Of a DNA stretch of 64,000 nt, positions 18,547 to 27,958 are shown piece after piece. The notes beneath the pieces were generated by a model. That model was not told the DNA's origin and searched no databases. It saw only the letters and a program-made list of their open reading frames with translations. Every line of letters starts with the position of its first letter. Positions within the stretch are counted from its first letter, which is position 1. Made by a program: the position numbers and the translations under genes. The stretch is from positions 4,460-68,459 of IMG/VR virus record IMGVR_UViG_3300021431_000080. One strand, given 5' to 3'. The DNA comes from a virus (Duplodnaviria > Heunggongvirae > Uroviricota > Caudoviricetes).

Positions 18547-20961
18547 TTAAGCGTTTGTGCTTGTGTCAAAAACCTTCTTGTTGATGTAAGGAAGAACCTT
18601 GTCATCGAGGAATGTCATGAGAGCCTTGTTAGCCGATGTCTTCTCGTCAGCACTCAGGTAAGGAGCCTTGATTTCGAGCTTGCCCTTGAACTCAGACAAC
18701 GAGGCACCGTCCTTGAACGCATATTCAATAGAAGGCACGTTGTTGATTGTCACCGAGCTTGTACCAGCGATGAGGTTGCCGTAAGCGTCCAAGCTTATTC
18801 CGAGACCGTTTGCCAGAGCCTTCAGAGTGTTTACTATGGATCTCATCTTCTCGGCAAGAGGTATAGTGTTTGTGGTTGAAATGCCTGTGCTTGAATCTGT
18901 TGATGTTTCTGTGTATTGTATATTTTCAGAGTTGTGTTTGTACTTGGAGTTCATGTCGGCGATGTGTGAGTAGAAACCTGCGCTTGACAGAGTCTCCTGA
19001 AGGACAACGGATGTCATGTCAGACTTGACGTTTTCAAGAATCTTTGTAACAGAGTCGTCGGTAGTGAGGTTTGTCGGGAAATCCATTATGATGGAGTTGC
19101 TCCATTCTGACTTCAATGGACAGTATGGATATCCAGCCTCTGATATACTTCTGACTTTTATTTCCACCTTTTCTCCATTCCTTATAGGAATGTCAATCTG
19201 GTTTATCACGATGTTTGAACCATCAATCTTCTCTTGTGACCAATAATATGAGTCACTTGATTCGTCATACTTCTTTTCAAGGAAAGGTGAAGTGTAGATG
19301 TTCCAGTCGGTGAATGTGCCTGACAATTTTGCCTCACTCTTTATATCTTTGAATTTGAATGTGTTGAGTGCTGTTCCTGTTTCATCGGTGTGTAGATATC
19401 TGTACATCACGTCGAATCCGATAATCTGCTGTTTTCCAGATTTCTCATTTTCAATTACGTATCTTGGCGAAGGAATGGAGAAGAATCCCCTGACGTGGTA
19501 CTTTGGGGAATAACCGATTGCGCCAGCGTCATTGAGCATGGTGTTGAGCTCCTCTACTAATGAACTCAGCTGTGTGGTCAGGTTGTTCATCCTTGTAGTA
19601 TCAGAGTTGATTGTGTTCTGAATGGATTCCCTTGAATCGGGATTCGACTCCTTGATGAGTTTGTCCTTGTTTGCTGATATTGTTGTCCTGACTGCAGAGA
19701 TGTTCGATTTCACAGAAGCAATCTCCGATGTTACTGTAGTATATTTCTCGTTGTCGAGTGTCACGTTAAGCTGGGTGTTGATCTGGACAACCCTGAGATC
19801 GCTTTTGTTTAGGACAGGTGCGTTCGGTATGAGACCTCCGTATGCCGGGATGTGCCCCTCTTTTGCGTGGGCGATGAGTTTCTTTCCGAAGTCGGCGACG
19901 TTGTTTGTGTAGAAGCTCTCGAAGTTCTGTGAGGTATTTCCTTCATAAACCAAGTCGTTTGTGGTGAAGATAACTGGGTTAGACCACTCCCTCGACATGA
20001 GGTTGTAGTTCTCGTTGACACCTTTCACATAGACGATGTCCATCTCGTTGATTCCGATACCGACGCTTATGACTTTTTCCGAGAACGGGCTGTTGTAGTA
20101 TTCGAGGTAGTCGTACAGACCGACATTCTCGTAGCCTACACTGTATTCGATTCTTATTCTCTTCTCTGTCTGGTTAATCTCCCTTATCCTGTACAACGAG
20201 TTCTCGAATCTCAGATAGTCTCCGACAGTAAGCGTGTTGTCGGTGTTTGTTATGATACCATCTTCGTTCACTGTTGAGTATTTGATTGTTGACAGATAGA
20301 GCCAGTTTTCATCTATTCCAGACACAGTGTTCTTTATAAGAGATGTTCCTATGATCTGGAACCTTCCGCTGTATCTTTCATATGTAAGAGGAAGACTAAC
20401 CTCGTCCCTGTCCTCCTTGTACTCAATGAAGTTGTCGTTGAGGAAGTCAATCATCTTTCCGTATTCATAGTTGGACGAGAGTATCTTCTGCTTTACGTCA
20501 TCGGTGAGCCTTTTCTGGTTGGTGTCGATTATGATCCTTCCGACGAACACCCTGTCGGAATCATCGTCAATCTTGTCTTTGAGGTCAATTTTCACGACAC
20601 ACCTCGGGTACTGCAGTGACTCGAAGAACCAGTTCGGGTTTATGCTGAACACAGTCGTCGAAGGAAGATCCATTATGGTCTTCGCTGGTTTCGATATAGT
20701 GTCCACTCTTATCTTCCTGAAAGTTCCGTCGTCGGTTTCCACTATTCCCTTTCCCTGTGTGAATGCGGCGACAGTCTCTTCAACCCTGCTGAGTCTCTTT
20801 GAAATGTTTGTCGATGACATTAGTTTGGTGCTACCGTCGACAACGACATATTCGTCGTTTCCTGCAACAGCCTCGTTGAATGCATTCGCGACAGACAGAA
20901 GTTCCTTCGAACTTTCAGTCAGGCTTTTCATGTTTTCTGCGTAAGAATTGAAATTACCCAT
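18547..20961 (-). CDS. Virion structural protein with central coiled coil
   Basis: 804 aa; GATAAATA late motif upstream; heptad segment VTSEIASVKSNISAVRTTI...LSSLVEELN. Confidence 0.6.
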   Translation of the reverse strand: MGNFNSYAENMKSLTESSKELLSVANAFNEAVAGNDEYVVVDGSTKLMSSTNISKRLSRVEETVAAFTQGKGIVETDDGTFRKIRVDTISKPAKTIMDLPSTTVFSINPNWFFESLQYPRCVVKIDLKDKIDDDSDRVFVGRIIIDTNQKRLTDDVKQKILSSNYEYGKMIDFLNDNFIEYKEDRDEVSLPLTYERYSGRFQIIGTSLIKNTVSGIDENWLYLSTIKYSTVNEDGIITNTDNTLTVGDYLRFENSLYRIREINQTEKRIRIEYSVGYENVGLYDYLEYYNSPFSEKVISVGIGINEMDIVYVKGVNENYNLMSREWSNPVIFTTNDLVYEGNTSQNFESFYTNNVADFGKKLIAHAKEGHIPAYGGLIPNAPVLNKSDLRVVQINTQLNVTLDNEKYTTVTSEIASVKSNISAVRTTISANKDKLIKESNPDSRESIQNTINSDTTRMNNLTTQLSSLVEELNTMLNDAGAIGYSPKYHVRGFFSIPSPRYVIENEKSGKQQIIGFDVMYRYLHTDETGTALNTFKFKDIKSEAKLSGTFTDWNIYTSPFLEKKYDESSDSYYWSQEKIDGSNIVINQIDIPIRNGEKVEIKVRSISEAGYPYCPLKSEWSNSIIMDFPTNLTTDDSVTKILENVKSDMTSVVLQETLSSAGFYSHIADMNSKYKHNSENIQYTETSTDSSTGISTTNTIPLAEKMRSIVNTLKALANGLGISLDAYGNLIAGTSSVTINNVPSIEYAFKDGASLSEFKGKLEIKAPYLSADEKTSANKALMTFLDDKVLPYINKKVFDTSTNA

Positions 20962-20988
20962 CTATAAAACAAATATAACTGTTTTGTT

Positions 20989-20996
20989 TATTTATC
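20989..20996 (-). promoter_or_regulatory. Class III late motif before the 804-aa virion gene
   Basis: CAGATAAATA. Confidence 0.65.
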
Positions 20997-21011
20997 TGTA
21001 AAAACATATAA

Positions 21012-21035
21012 GGGCTGTTTTTTAATAAACAGCCC
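21012..21035 (-). terminator. Intrinsic terminator after the 535-aa gene
   Basis: GGGCTGTTT/AAACAGCCC stem, followed on the minus strand by TTATATGTTTT. Confidence 0.6.
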
Positions 21036-21063
21036 CGTTTTGTATAGCAAATTTTAGTTGAAA

Positions 21064-22671
21064 TTAGCTGTGGTACAGGTTGGTTTTCGCTATAAGTAGA
21101 CACACTATTTTTGTAAGATCGATATAGTCTTTGCCGTCTATTTTCCTTATCATACTGTCGGCGAAGCTCAATGCGTCTGCGCTTAAAGCGGATCTTTCTA
21201 TGGTTATTGTAAGATCCTTGTTATCATTGGCTGTTACCTTCGTGTTCTTCAGTATTTCCTCAGCCATAGACTCTATTGGATGAACAGGCTGATTGTACGA
21301 TCTCATGAGCATGTTGTTTGTGGCAAGTGTGTCGTATATGCTTGAGTCTGTTGTTATTGCTGAAACAGTCTTCGATATGTCATCAACCTTCTCCAGCGCT
21401 TCTTTTGCGAAATTCTTCAGATCGAGGTTGTCGTTGACAATCTTGTTGAGAACCCTTGCGTTTGTCTTGAGGATCTCTGTGGCTGTCGAAAGGTTCTTGA
21501 TTACGTCATTGAAATCTGTAGATTCCGCGAACGCGGTGGTTGAGTTGTCTGACACCACGATGTCTCCGCTGTATGCGGATGTCGGTTTGATGTTGAGCCT
21601 GAACGAGAACGACGTTCCAGTCTGTACGTTTGATGTCTTTATCTTGTTGTACTCGGGGAACAAGAACAGGTATGCATCATCTGCAGCTATCGCGTTTCCG
21701 AGTATGTACAGACCGAACGCATTTGTGGAGATGAGATTCTTGCCTGTGGTGTCGTATATTGAATAGTATACAAGTATTGCGTTGAACCTGAATTCTTTTA
21801 TTTTTGCTTCATCGACAAAATTGCCGCCTCTTTCGACATTTCCGAATCCGATGTCATCGTATGTGAGTCCAGTCTGGTTGTCGTAATAGGATGTCAAATT
21901 TGCCAAGTCGAATTCAACTTCAAACTGATCGGATTTTGACTTGTAATGATATGTGTAATCTGTCGGATCTTCTCCGTCGAATCTTCCCCATGCAGGTATT
22001 CTTGTTGATATTATGTTGTGATCTTCGTCGAATTCATCGGATTTTATGCCTTCAATCAAGTCTCCATTCGATGAACTGTATATCTTGTTCTTCGAGAAGT
22101 TCTCATCGTTCACTTGTTTGAAGAGTACTCTCATCTGTCCATATGACGACGGAATCTGCACGAAAGTTTCGTTGTATATTCCTTCGGAATCTACTCTTTG
22201 TGCTCCAGAAATAATTCTTCCGAAACTCTTTGCATATGCGTTTTGTGTGTCTTTTTGGTAAAAATATCCACCATCTTGAACAAAATCGTTTTCAAAGTCC
22301 AAATCTTTGAACAACCATTTCCAGAAAACTCTTTCGGATACCGTATGTGGAGAGGCATAGTTGTATTCCGAGTTGTTTCTCAGAACGGTTTCCATATTTA
22401 ATATTGCATTTTGGAAGTAGTCTGTGAATATACAGTCTCCTATATTTTCCCCAAAATATTCCCTATCAGTGGTGTCTATCTGGATTATGCCGGATTTGCT
22501 CGATTCGTCTCCAAAATAAGGAATGTCCAAAAGTACATAGTGTGACAAGGAAACTTTGTTGTTGGTTTCGTTTATGTTCAATCCGATATCCTCAAGAGCG
22601 GATCCGAATGTGTAGAATGTTCCGCCTTGGACTCTTGGTTTGATGAACGGTGTTCTCTGTTTTACAGCCAT
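21064..22671 (-). CDS. Virion structural protein
   Basis: 535 aa in late operon; N-term RTPFIKP..QGGTFYTF; no enzyme motif. Confidence 0.55.
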   Translation of the reverse strand: MAVKQRTPFIKPRVQGGTFYTFGSALEDIGLNINETNNKVSLSHYVLLDIPYFGDESSKSGIIQIDTTDREYFGENIGDCIFTDYFQNAILNMETVLRNNSEYNYASPHTVSERVFWKWLFKDLDFENDFVQDGGYFYQKDTQNAYAKSFGRIISGAQRVDSEGIYNETFVQIPSSYGQMRVLFKQVNDENFSKNKIYSSSNGDLIEGIKSDEFDEDHNIISTRIPAWGRFDGEDPTDYTYHYKSKSDQFEVEFDLANLTSYYDNQTGLTYDDIGFGNVERGGNFVDEAKIKEFRFNAILVYYSIYDTTGKNLISTNAFGLYILGNAIAADDAYLFLFPEYNKIKTSNVQTGTSFSFRLNIKPTSAYSGDIVVSDNSTTAFAESTDFNDVIKNLSTATEILKTNARVLNKIVNDNLDLKNFAKEALEKVDDISKTVSAITTDSSIYDTLATNNMLMRSYNQPVHPIESMAEEILKNTKVTANDNKDLTITIERSALSADALSFADSMIRKIDGKDYIDLTKIVCLLIAKTNLYHS

Positions 22672-22679
22672 GTCTCAAA

Positions 22680-23045
22680 TTAAATTTCGTTTATTACAAT
22701 AAGGGCAGACGAATCGAGAGTGTCGAGTTGCTGCTGTGTGATAGGAACGATGGAGTTGACCTTCTGTCTGAGTTCTGTGAGTATTGTGGCGATGTCTTGG
22801 TAGTTGTACAACTCTCCTCCCTGTCCCTTGAAAGTCAGGTTCTGTGCCACGATTGTGGTAGCGTCAATATATCCTGCTTTCAATCTTGTGCATTCTATTT
22901 CATTTTTGTCCGGGTTGTAGAATGTCATTATACAGTTATAAATCAACGTAAATACTTCATTCAGCATTCTCGGAACATCGGGAATGAAATTCTTGATAGA
23001 GAACGCATTTTTTATTTTTGCAAATTCTGCAGAGGTTATTGCCAT
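22680..23045 (-). CDS. Hypothetical virion protein
   Basis: 121 aa directly downstream of the CAGATAAATA late motif. Confidence 0.6.
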   Translation of the reverse strand: MAITSAEFAKIKNAFSIKNFIPDVPRMLNEVFTLIYNCIMTFYNPDKNEIECTRLKAGYIDATTIVAQNLTFKGQGGELYNYQDIATILTELRQKVNSIVPITQQQLDTLDSSALIVINEI

Positions 23046-23065
23046 CTTGTAAAAATTCTTTTCTG

Positions 23066-23073
23066 TATTTATC
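23066..23073 (-). promoter_or_regulatory. Class III late motif before the 121-aa/535-aa genes
   Basis: CAGATAAATACAGAAAA. Confidence 0.65.
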
Positions 23074-23092
23074 TGTTACAAAAATATCGGCG

Positions 23093-23130
23093 AAAAATCA
23101 TTTTGTTGAAATCAATATATAATTTATAGA
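23093..23130 (+). promoter_or_regulatory. Class II bipartite promoter before uvsX
   Basis: AAAAATCATTTT-N13-TATAATTTATAGA. Confidence 0.75.
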
Positions 23131-23165
23131 CGATAGTCTATTGATAAAACATAATTCAAAATAAC

Positions 23166-24401
23166 ATGGCAAAGAAAAAAGAAAACGCAGCAAATTCAGG
23201 AACAAGTTCAATTTTCAATCTTATCAAATCATTTGATGATTCTGTCGAGGTTCTGTCGGAAAGCTCAACTGCAGTTATCAAGGAATATGTGAACACTGGT
23301 AGCTATATGTTGAATGCCTGTATGACTGGATCGCTGTTCAAAGGTATTCCTTCTGGAAGGATAATAACATTCAGTGGTGATCCTGCGACTGGTAAGAGTT
23401 ACCTTGCTGTATCTGCTTGCAGGGAGGCTCAGAAAATCGGATATGTTCCAATCTATATGGATTCCGAGGGTGCCATCGACATAGAGTTTGTTTCGAGACT
23501 CGGATGTGATCCGAACAGATTCTTGATCAAACAAGTGTCGACTGTTTCAGAGGTGAGTACGTTTATGACGAGAACCTTGAAAAGTATTCTTGATCAGCCT
23601 GAGGATCAGAGAGAGAAGGTAATTTTTGTACTTGACTCTCTCGGAAACCTTACATCAACTAAAGAGCTTAACGATGCAATGGAAGCCACAGGCAAGAAGG
23701 ATATGCAGCGTGCTCAGGACATCAAGGCTCTTTTCAGGATGATTGCCACTCCTCTCTCGAAGGCACAATCCCCTATGATTGTTTGTACACACACCTACAG
23801 TACACAGGATTTATACGCAAGGAAGATAGTAACTGGAGGCACAGGAATTGGATTTGGGTCATCTATAACTATCATGTTATCGAATGCTAAGCTTGATGAT
23901 AAGGCTTCTGACAAGACAGCTGCACAGAAAGTTGGTGACTTTACGAAGACTGGAACGATAGTGACGGCAACACCACACAAATCTCGTTTCACTATTCCAC
24001 AGAAGGTACAGTTCCAGATTCCATTTTTCAAAGCTCCGAATCCATATATTGGACTTGAGAAATATTTGACATGGGAGAACTCTGGTATTGTCCGTGGTGA
24101 TATGCTTACGAAAAAGGAATATGATAAACTTTCCGAGGATGACAAGAAAAAGTGTTACGAGATGGCTGATGAGAATGGCGAGGTGTGCTATGCAAAACCG
24201 AAGGACACTTCTAGGAACATTGTCGTGAAGCATCTTGGAACAAAGATTCCTGTGTCTGAACTTTGGACACCGAAGGTGTTTACGGATGAGCTTCTTCATA
24301 AACTTGACGAGGAGATTATTAAACCTAGTTTCGAGCTTCCTTCCAGTGATAGTTTCGCTGATGTTGAGGAATTGATCGATGTTGAAGATGATGGAGAATA
24401 A
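23166..24401 (+). CDS. uvsX: RecA-family recombinase, UvsX-like
   Basis: TGSYMLN...G.PSGRIITFSGDPATGKS (Walker A), DSEGA, VLDSLGNL (Walker B region). Confidence 0.9.
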   Translation: MAKKKENAANSGTSSIFNLIKSFDDSVEVLSESSTAVIKEYVNTGSYMLNACMTGSLFKGIPSGRIITFSGDPATGKSYLAVSACREAQKIGYVPIYMDSEGAIDIEFVSRLGCDPNRFLIKQVSTVSEVSTFMTRTLKSILDQPEDQREKVIFVLDSLGNLTSTKELNDAMEATGKKDMQRAQDIKALFRMIATPLSKAQSPMIVCTHTYSTQDLYARKIVTGGTGIGFGSSITIMLSNAKLDDKASDKTAAQKVGDFTKTGTIVTATPHKSRFTIPQKVQFQIPFFKAPNPYIGLEKYLTWENSGIVRGDMLTKKEYDKLSEDDKKKCYEMADENGEVCYAKPKDTSRNIVVKHLGTKIPVSELWTPKVFTDELLHKLDEEIIKPSFELPSSDSFADVEELIDVEDDGE

Positions 24402-24882
24402 TAATCAGCAAATGGACAATCTTACTCCCGAGCAGAGGGTGAAGTTGTTGGAGGACACTTTCACCCAACGCAGGGAATATTGGATGAACTGGATAACTGA
24501 AATGTCCAAGTGTTTGAAGCACATGGACAAACTTGCTGATCTTCAGGTTGAGATTTATTCAAGGAGACAGGAAGCACTTGAAAACTACCACACTTTGTCC
24601 AATATTCTTGCTAAACGTACTAAGCTGTACAAGGAGAGATGTGCCCAGATTTACAATAGTCTCAGACCACTGAAAGTTTCCCCAGGTTCAACAACCTTCA
24701 TGTATGGAACCGAAAGGGCTATAAATGATCAGATTGAAGCACAGTTGTCTTCGGATAAATATATCATCGATCTTACAGAGTCCCAGATGTCTTATATGGA
24801 TGGGACAATAAAAACAATCGATGGTATAATATACTCGATTAACAACCGCATTAAGATCGAAGAAATCAAGATAGGAAGATAA
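24379..24882 (+). CDS. Recombination mediator, UvsY-like
   Basis: All-helical 167 aa immediately after uvsX; C-term ..IDGIIYSINNRIKIE resembles UvsY; true start may be 24388 or 24391. Confidence 0.45.
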   Translation: MLKMMENNNQQMDNLTPEQRVKLLEDTFTQRREYWMNWITEMSKCLKHMDKLADLQVEIYSRRQEALENYHTLSNILAKRTKLYKERCAQIYNSLRPLKVSPGSTTFMYGTERAINDQIEAQLSSDKYIIDLTESQMSYMDGTIKTIDGIIYSINNRIKIEEIKIGR

Positions 24883-25460
24883 TGGCAAATAGTTCATTAT
24901 ATAAGAAATCTCATCCGCCAAAAATGATGGTAGAGAACGAATCTGGGAAGCCGAAGCAGGGTATATATGTACCGAAGCATCCAGAGAAAGTTGTCGGAGG
25001 GGAGATCATATGCAGGTCCGGATGGGAGATGTCCTTCGCAAGATGGTGTGATGACAATCCAAATGTAGTCGAGTGGGGAGGTGAGCCTACGTCAATTCAA
25101 TACAGGAATCCAGCGGGTGTCGATTTCGACGCTTGCAAGAAGACTGGAGCAAACCCAGCGGATCCGTGCAACTGGCCAGTCAACAACTACTATCCTGATT
25201 TTTATGTGAAGCTGAGGGATCCAGACACGGGAGATGAGAGAAACCTGATGATTGAAATAAAACCAAAGTACCAGACAGAGAGACCGGTGGCCCCTCCGAC
25301 TGGTGCAAAACTTCAGGAACAGAAGAAATATGTTGCCTCAGTGAAGACATACTTGCAGAACATAAAGAAATGGGAAGCTGCTGTAAACTGGTGCAAGCCA
25401 AGAGGGTTTGATTTCGAGGTATATACCGAGGTCACTCTTCAAAAGATGGGTATAATCTAA
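24882..25460 (+). CDS. Head completion nuclease, T4 gp4-like (TnsA-like PD-(D/E)XK)
   Basis: RSGWE..FARWCDDNPNVVEWGGE...YYPDF...IEIKP..QT, KWEAA..WC. Confidence 0.85.
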   Translation: MANSSLYKKSHPPKMMVENESGKPKQGIYVPKHPEKVVGGEIICRSGWEMSFARWCDDNPNVVEWGGEPTSIQYRNPAGVDFDACKKTGANPADPCNWPVNNYYPDFYVKLRDPDTGDERNLMIEIKPKYQTERPVAPPTGAKLQEQKKYVASVKTYLQNIKKWEAAVNWCKPRGFDFEVYTEVTLQKMGII

Positions 25461-26104
25461 TGGGATATCTTGAAGACTATCTGAAGAACAAAAGCGGGAA
25501 GCAGGAAGCTCTCGCTTTTGATTATCTTATAAATGACCTGCTTCGTGACAATCTTACAGGGAACGACAAGCAGAAGAATATAGGTGGATTGAACATGGAG
25601 AAGGACGCTCCTACGAGCTTCGTCCCTTCGATGTTTTACATATTTGTGTACTTCAATGGAGAGAAATCCGTTCTTGGAAACGCTGAGTTCTATGATATGG
25701 TTCCGTTAATCTTTTGTACAAGCTTCAGTGCTGAATCGATAACAGGGATAAATTTTAACTATGTTCCGAATGATGTTAGGGCTGCTTTCCTTGATATACT
25801 GTCTGGAAGTTATCCGTCGTTCTATGGGCACGATATGTACGATGACGGATTCCGAGTCAACGAGAAGCTTTCTGGAAAACTTGTGGATGCTACAACCCTT
25901 ACTTCTGTCTTGAACCTTATGAAGACACGTCTTGGTGTCGATCTTAACAAGTGTATAAGGACATATAATAGGAAGAATGTTCTGAAGGCAAGGATGATTG
26001 AGATGGATATGTGGCAGTACATACCTTATCTCTCGTTCAAGGACGCTGTCCGTGGGATAAATCTTGCTAAAGTGCAGATGAGTTTGGTTCACGATAGCAA
26101 ATAA
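25460..26104 (+). CDS. DNA end protector protein, T4 gp2-like
   Basis: FYDMVPLIF...GINFNYVP, IRTY motifs; adjacent to gp4-like gene and portal. Confidence 0.6.
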   Translation: MGYLEDYLKNKSGKQEALAFDYLINDLLRDNLTGNDKQKNIGGLNMEKDAPTSFVPSMFYIFVYFNGEKSVLGNAEFYDMVPLIFCTSFSAESITGINFNYVPNDVRAAFLDILSGSYPSFYGHDMYDDGFRVNEKLSGKLVDATTLTSVLNLMKTRLGVDLNKCIRTYNRKNVLKARMIEMDMWQYIPYLSFKDAVRGINLAKVQMSLVHDSK

Positions 26105-26116
26105 ATACAGAAAACA
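26101..26116 (+). promoter_or_regulatory. Class III late motif before portal
   Basis: ATAAATACAGAAAACA. Confidence 0.65.
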
Positions 26117-26129
26117 TTTGTGCAAATAA

Positions 26130-27902
26130 ATGCCTAAGTATATACTAAAGACACTTGATTCCAACACGAACAGTAATTTCAGGGGATCCAATCGACCAAT
26201 AGAGAGGAACCTTCTGAATCTCAGTGCACTTGGAATCAGATGGAATTCCGAGGTCATCAGCAAGGTCAGGACGGATATCGACACCAACTATGACCAGAAC
26301 GGAATGGGAGGTCAGGGCACCGGCATGATGTTCCGTGGCGAGGACATGTACACGAGAGCCCACCAGAACATCGCTGGAAACAACAAGTACATCGCCTTCC
26401 ATGACCAGTCCTATATAATGAGGAGGGATTTCCTAAGGAAGTTCGCCCTTCAGGACGAGATTGACAATGTGCTTGAGACTATCGCCGATGAGGTCATAAT
26501 CAACGATGATATGCACTATTTCGCATATCCAAACACAACTCAGCTGAGATCCATACTCAAGCCGGACAAAGGCAAGAAGATAGTCGATGAGTTGAACGCC
26601 GCCTACAGGAGGGTGTACCACATGTTTCACTTCAATGAGTCGAACGATGCGTGGCACTATGTGAAGAAACTCCTCGTCGACGGTTTCCTTGCGTTTGAGA
26701 TTGTCTATTCCGACTCAAGCGACGGTAAACTCGCCAAGGATATCATAGCGTTCAAGGAACTTGATCCTATAACTCTGCAGCCTGAAATCAGGAAAGGTGA
26801 GAAAGGTGACTACAAGGTATGGGTTGTCAACAAGGGTGATAAGCAGAACCAGAGGGAGCTTCCAGACAGTAACGTTATTTACATCTCGTGGGCTAAGAAC
26901 AACTTTGTCAGCAATTTCTCATACTGCGAGAGGCTCATCCGTCCTTTCAACATGCTCAGGACAATTGAGAACTCAAGGATTATCTGGAATGTCCAGAACG
27001 CTCAGAAGAGAATCAAGATTGTGGTTCCTGTCGGTTCCGAGAGTGAGCAGGTTGCTAGGACAAGGCTCCGTGAACTTGAGGCTTACTACAAGGAGGACAT
27101 TACAATTGACAACATGTCTGGTGAACTCACTGTGAACGGTCAGCCGAAGTTCAGTTTCGCTAAGACAATGGTGTTTCCATCGAAGGACGGTACGTCTACA
27201 GAAATTGGAGAGATTGGAATCGAGGGACACGATCTCAACTCGACAGAGCCTTTGAAGTGGTTCTGGCAGAGGTTCATCATAGCAACCAGACTTCCGAAGG
27301 ATCGTTTCAACATGATCTTCGACGGAAACGAGACATCTGCCATCCCCGACAACAGCAACATGACAAGGGAGGAGTGGAGATTCTCTCTGTTCATCGACAG
27401 AATCCGTGGTATATTCAAGGAGATTCTTGTGAAGCCGATGTGGATTCAGTTCTGTCTGCACAATCAGGAGTTCGCAAGCAACGATGTTCTAAAGAACGCC
27501 ATCGGTCTCACCTTCACCGAGGAGAATATCTTCAGACTCGCAAAGGAAGCCGCTAACCTCAACGCTGGTGCATCGCTTATCCAGACTCTCTCTGGACTGA
27601 ACGGCAGCGACGGAAAGCCTGTTTTCAGTATGAAGTTCCTTGTCCAGAAGTATCTGAATATGACGGATGATGACTGGAAACTGAACGAGAAGATGAAAGC
27701 TGACGAAGCCAAGGAAGCTGCCAACAACGCTGCCCAAAATCAGGGAGCACCGGGAGCTGCTCCGATGGGTGGTGACATAGGTGGAGGCTTCGATATGGGA
27801 GCCGCTGGTGGAGAGTTCGGTGGAGAACCAGCTCCTCCCCCAGAACCTGCGGAAATTCCAGAGGAACCACCAGCAGAACCAGCCCCCACACCAGAGGTAT
27901 AA
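26130..27902 (+). CDS. Portal protein, T4 gp20-like
   Basis: EIDNVLETIADEVI, KKLLVDG.LAFE, RPFNMLR.IE.SRIIW, YFW-like KWFWQR, P..R; low-complexity C-tail. Confidence 0.9.
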   Translation: MPKYILKTLDSNTNSNFRGSNRPIERNLLNLSALGIRWNSEVISKVRTDIDTNYDQNGMGGQGTGMMFRGEDMYTRAHQNIAGNNKYIAFHDQSYIMRRDFLRKFALQDEIDNVLETIADEVIINDDMHYFAYPNTTQLRSILKPDKGKKIVDELNAAYRRVYHMFHFNESNDAWHYVKKLLVDGFLAFEIVYSDSSDGKLAKDIIAFKELDPITLQPEIRKGEKGDYKVWVVNKGDKQNQRELPDSNVIYISWAKNNFVSNFSYCERLIRPFNMLRTIENSRIIWNVQNAQKRIKIVVPVGSESEQVARTRLRELEAYYKEDITIDNMSGELTVNGQPKFSFAKTMVFPSKDGTSTEIGEIGIEGHDLNSTEPLKWFWQRFIIATRLPKDRFNMIFDGNETSAIPDNSNMTREEWRFSLFIDRIRGIFKEILVKPMWIQFCLHNQEFASNDVLKNAIGLTFTEENIFRLAKEAANLNAGASLIQTLSGLNGSDGKPVFSMKFLVQKYLNMTDDDWKLNEKMKADEAKEAANNAAQNQGAPGAAPMGGDIGGGFDMGAAGGEFGGEPAPPPEPAEIPEEPPAEPAPTPEV

Positions 27903-27905
27903 AAG

Positions 27906-27932
27906 AAAACCTGAGCAAATCGCTCAGGTTTT
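27906..27932. terminator. Bidirectional intrinsic terminator
   Basis: AAAACCTGAGC AAATC GCTCAGGTTTT between convergent portal and lysozyme genes. Confidence 0.8.
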
Positions 27933-27958
27933 TATATTGTCCTTCCTTTGGACATTCG

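Noticed and set aside
24882-25460. Transposase or homing endonuclease interpretation of the TnsA-like ORF
   Set aside because: Motifs and position next to the gp2-like gene and portal match the T4 gp4 head-completion nuclease.
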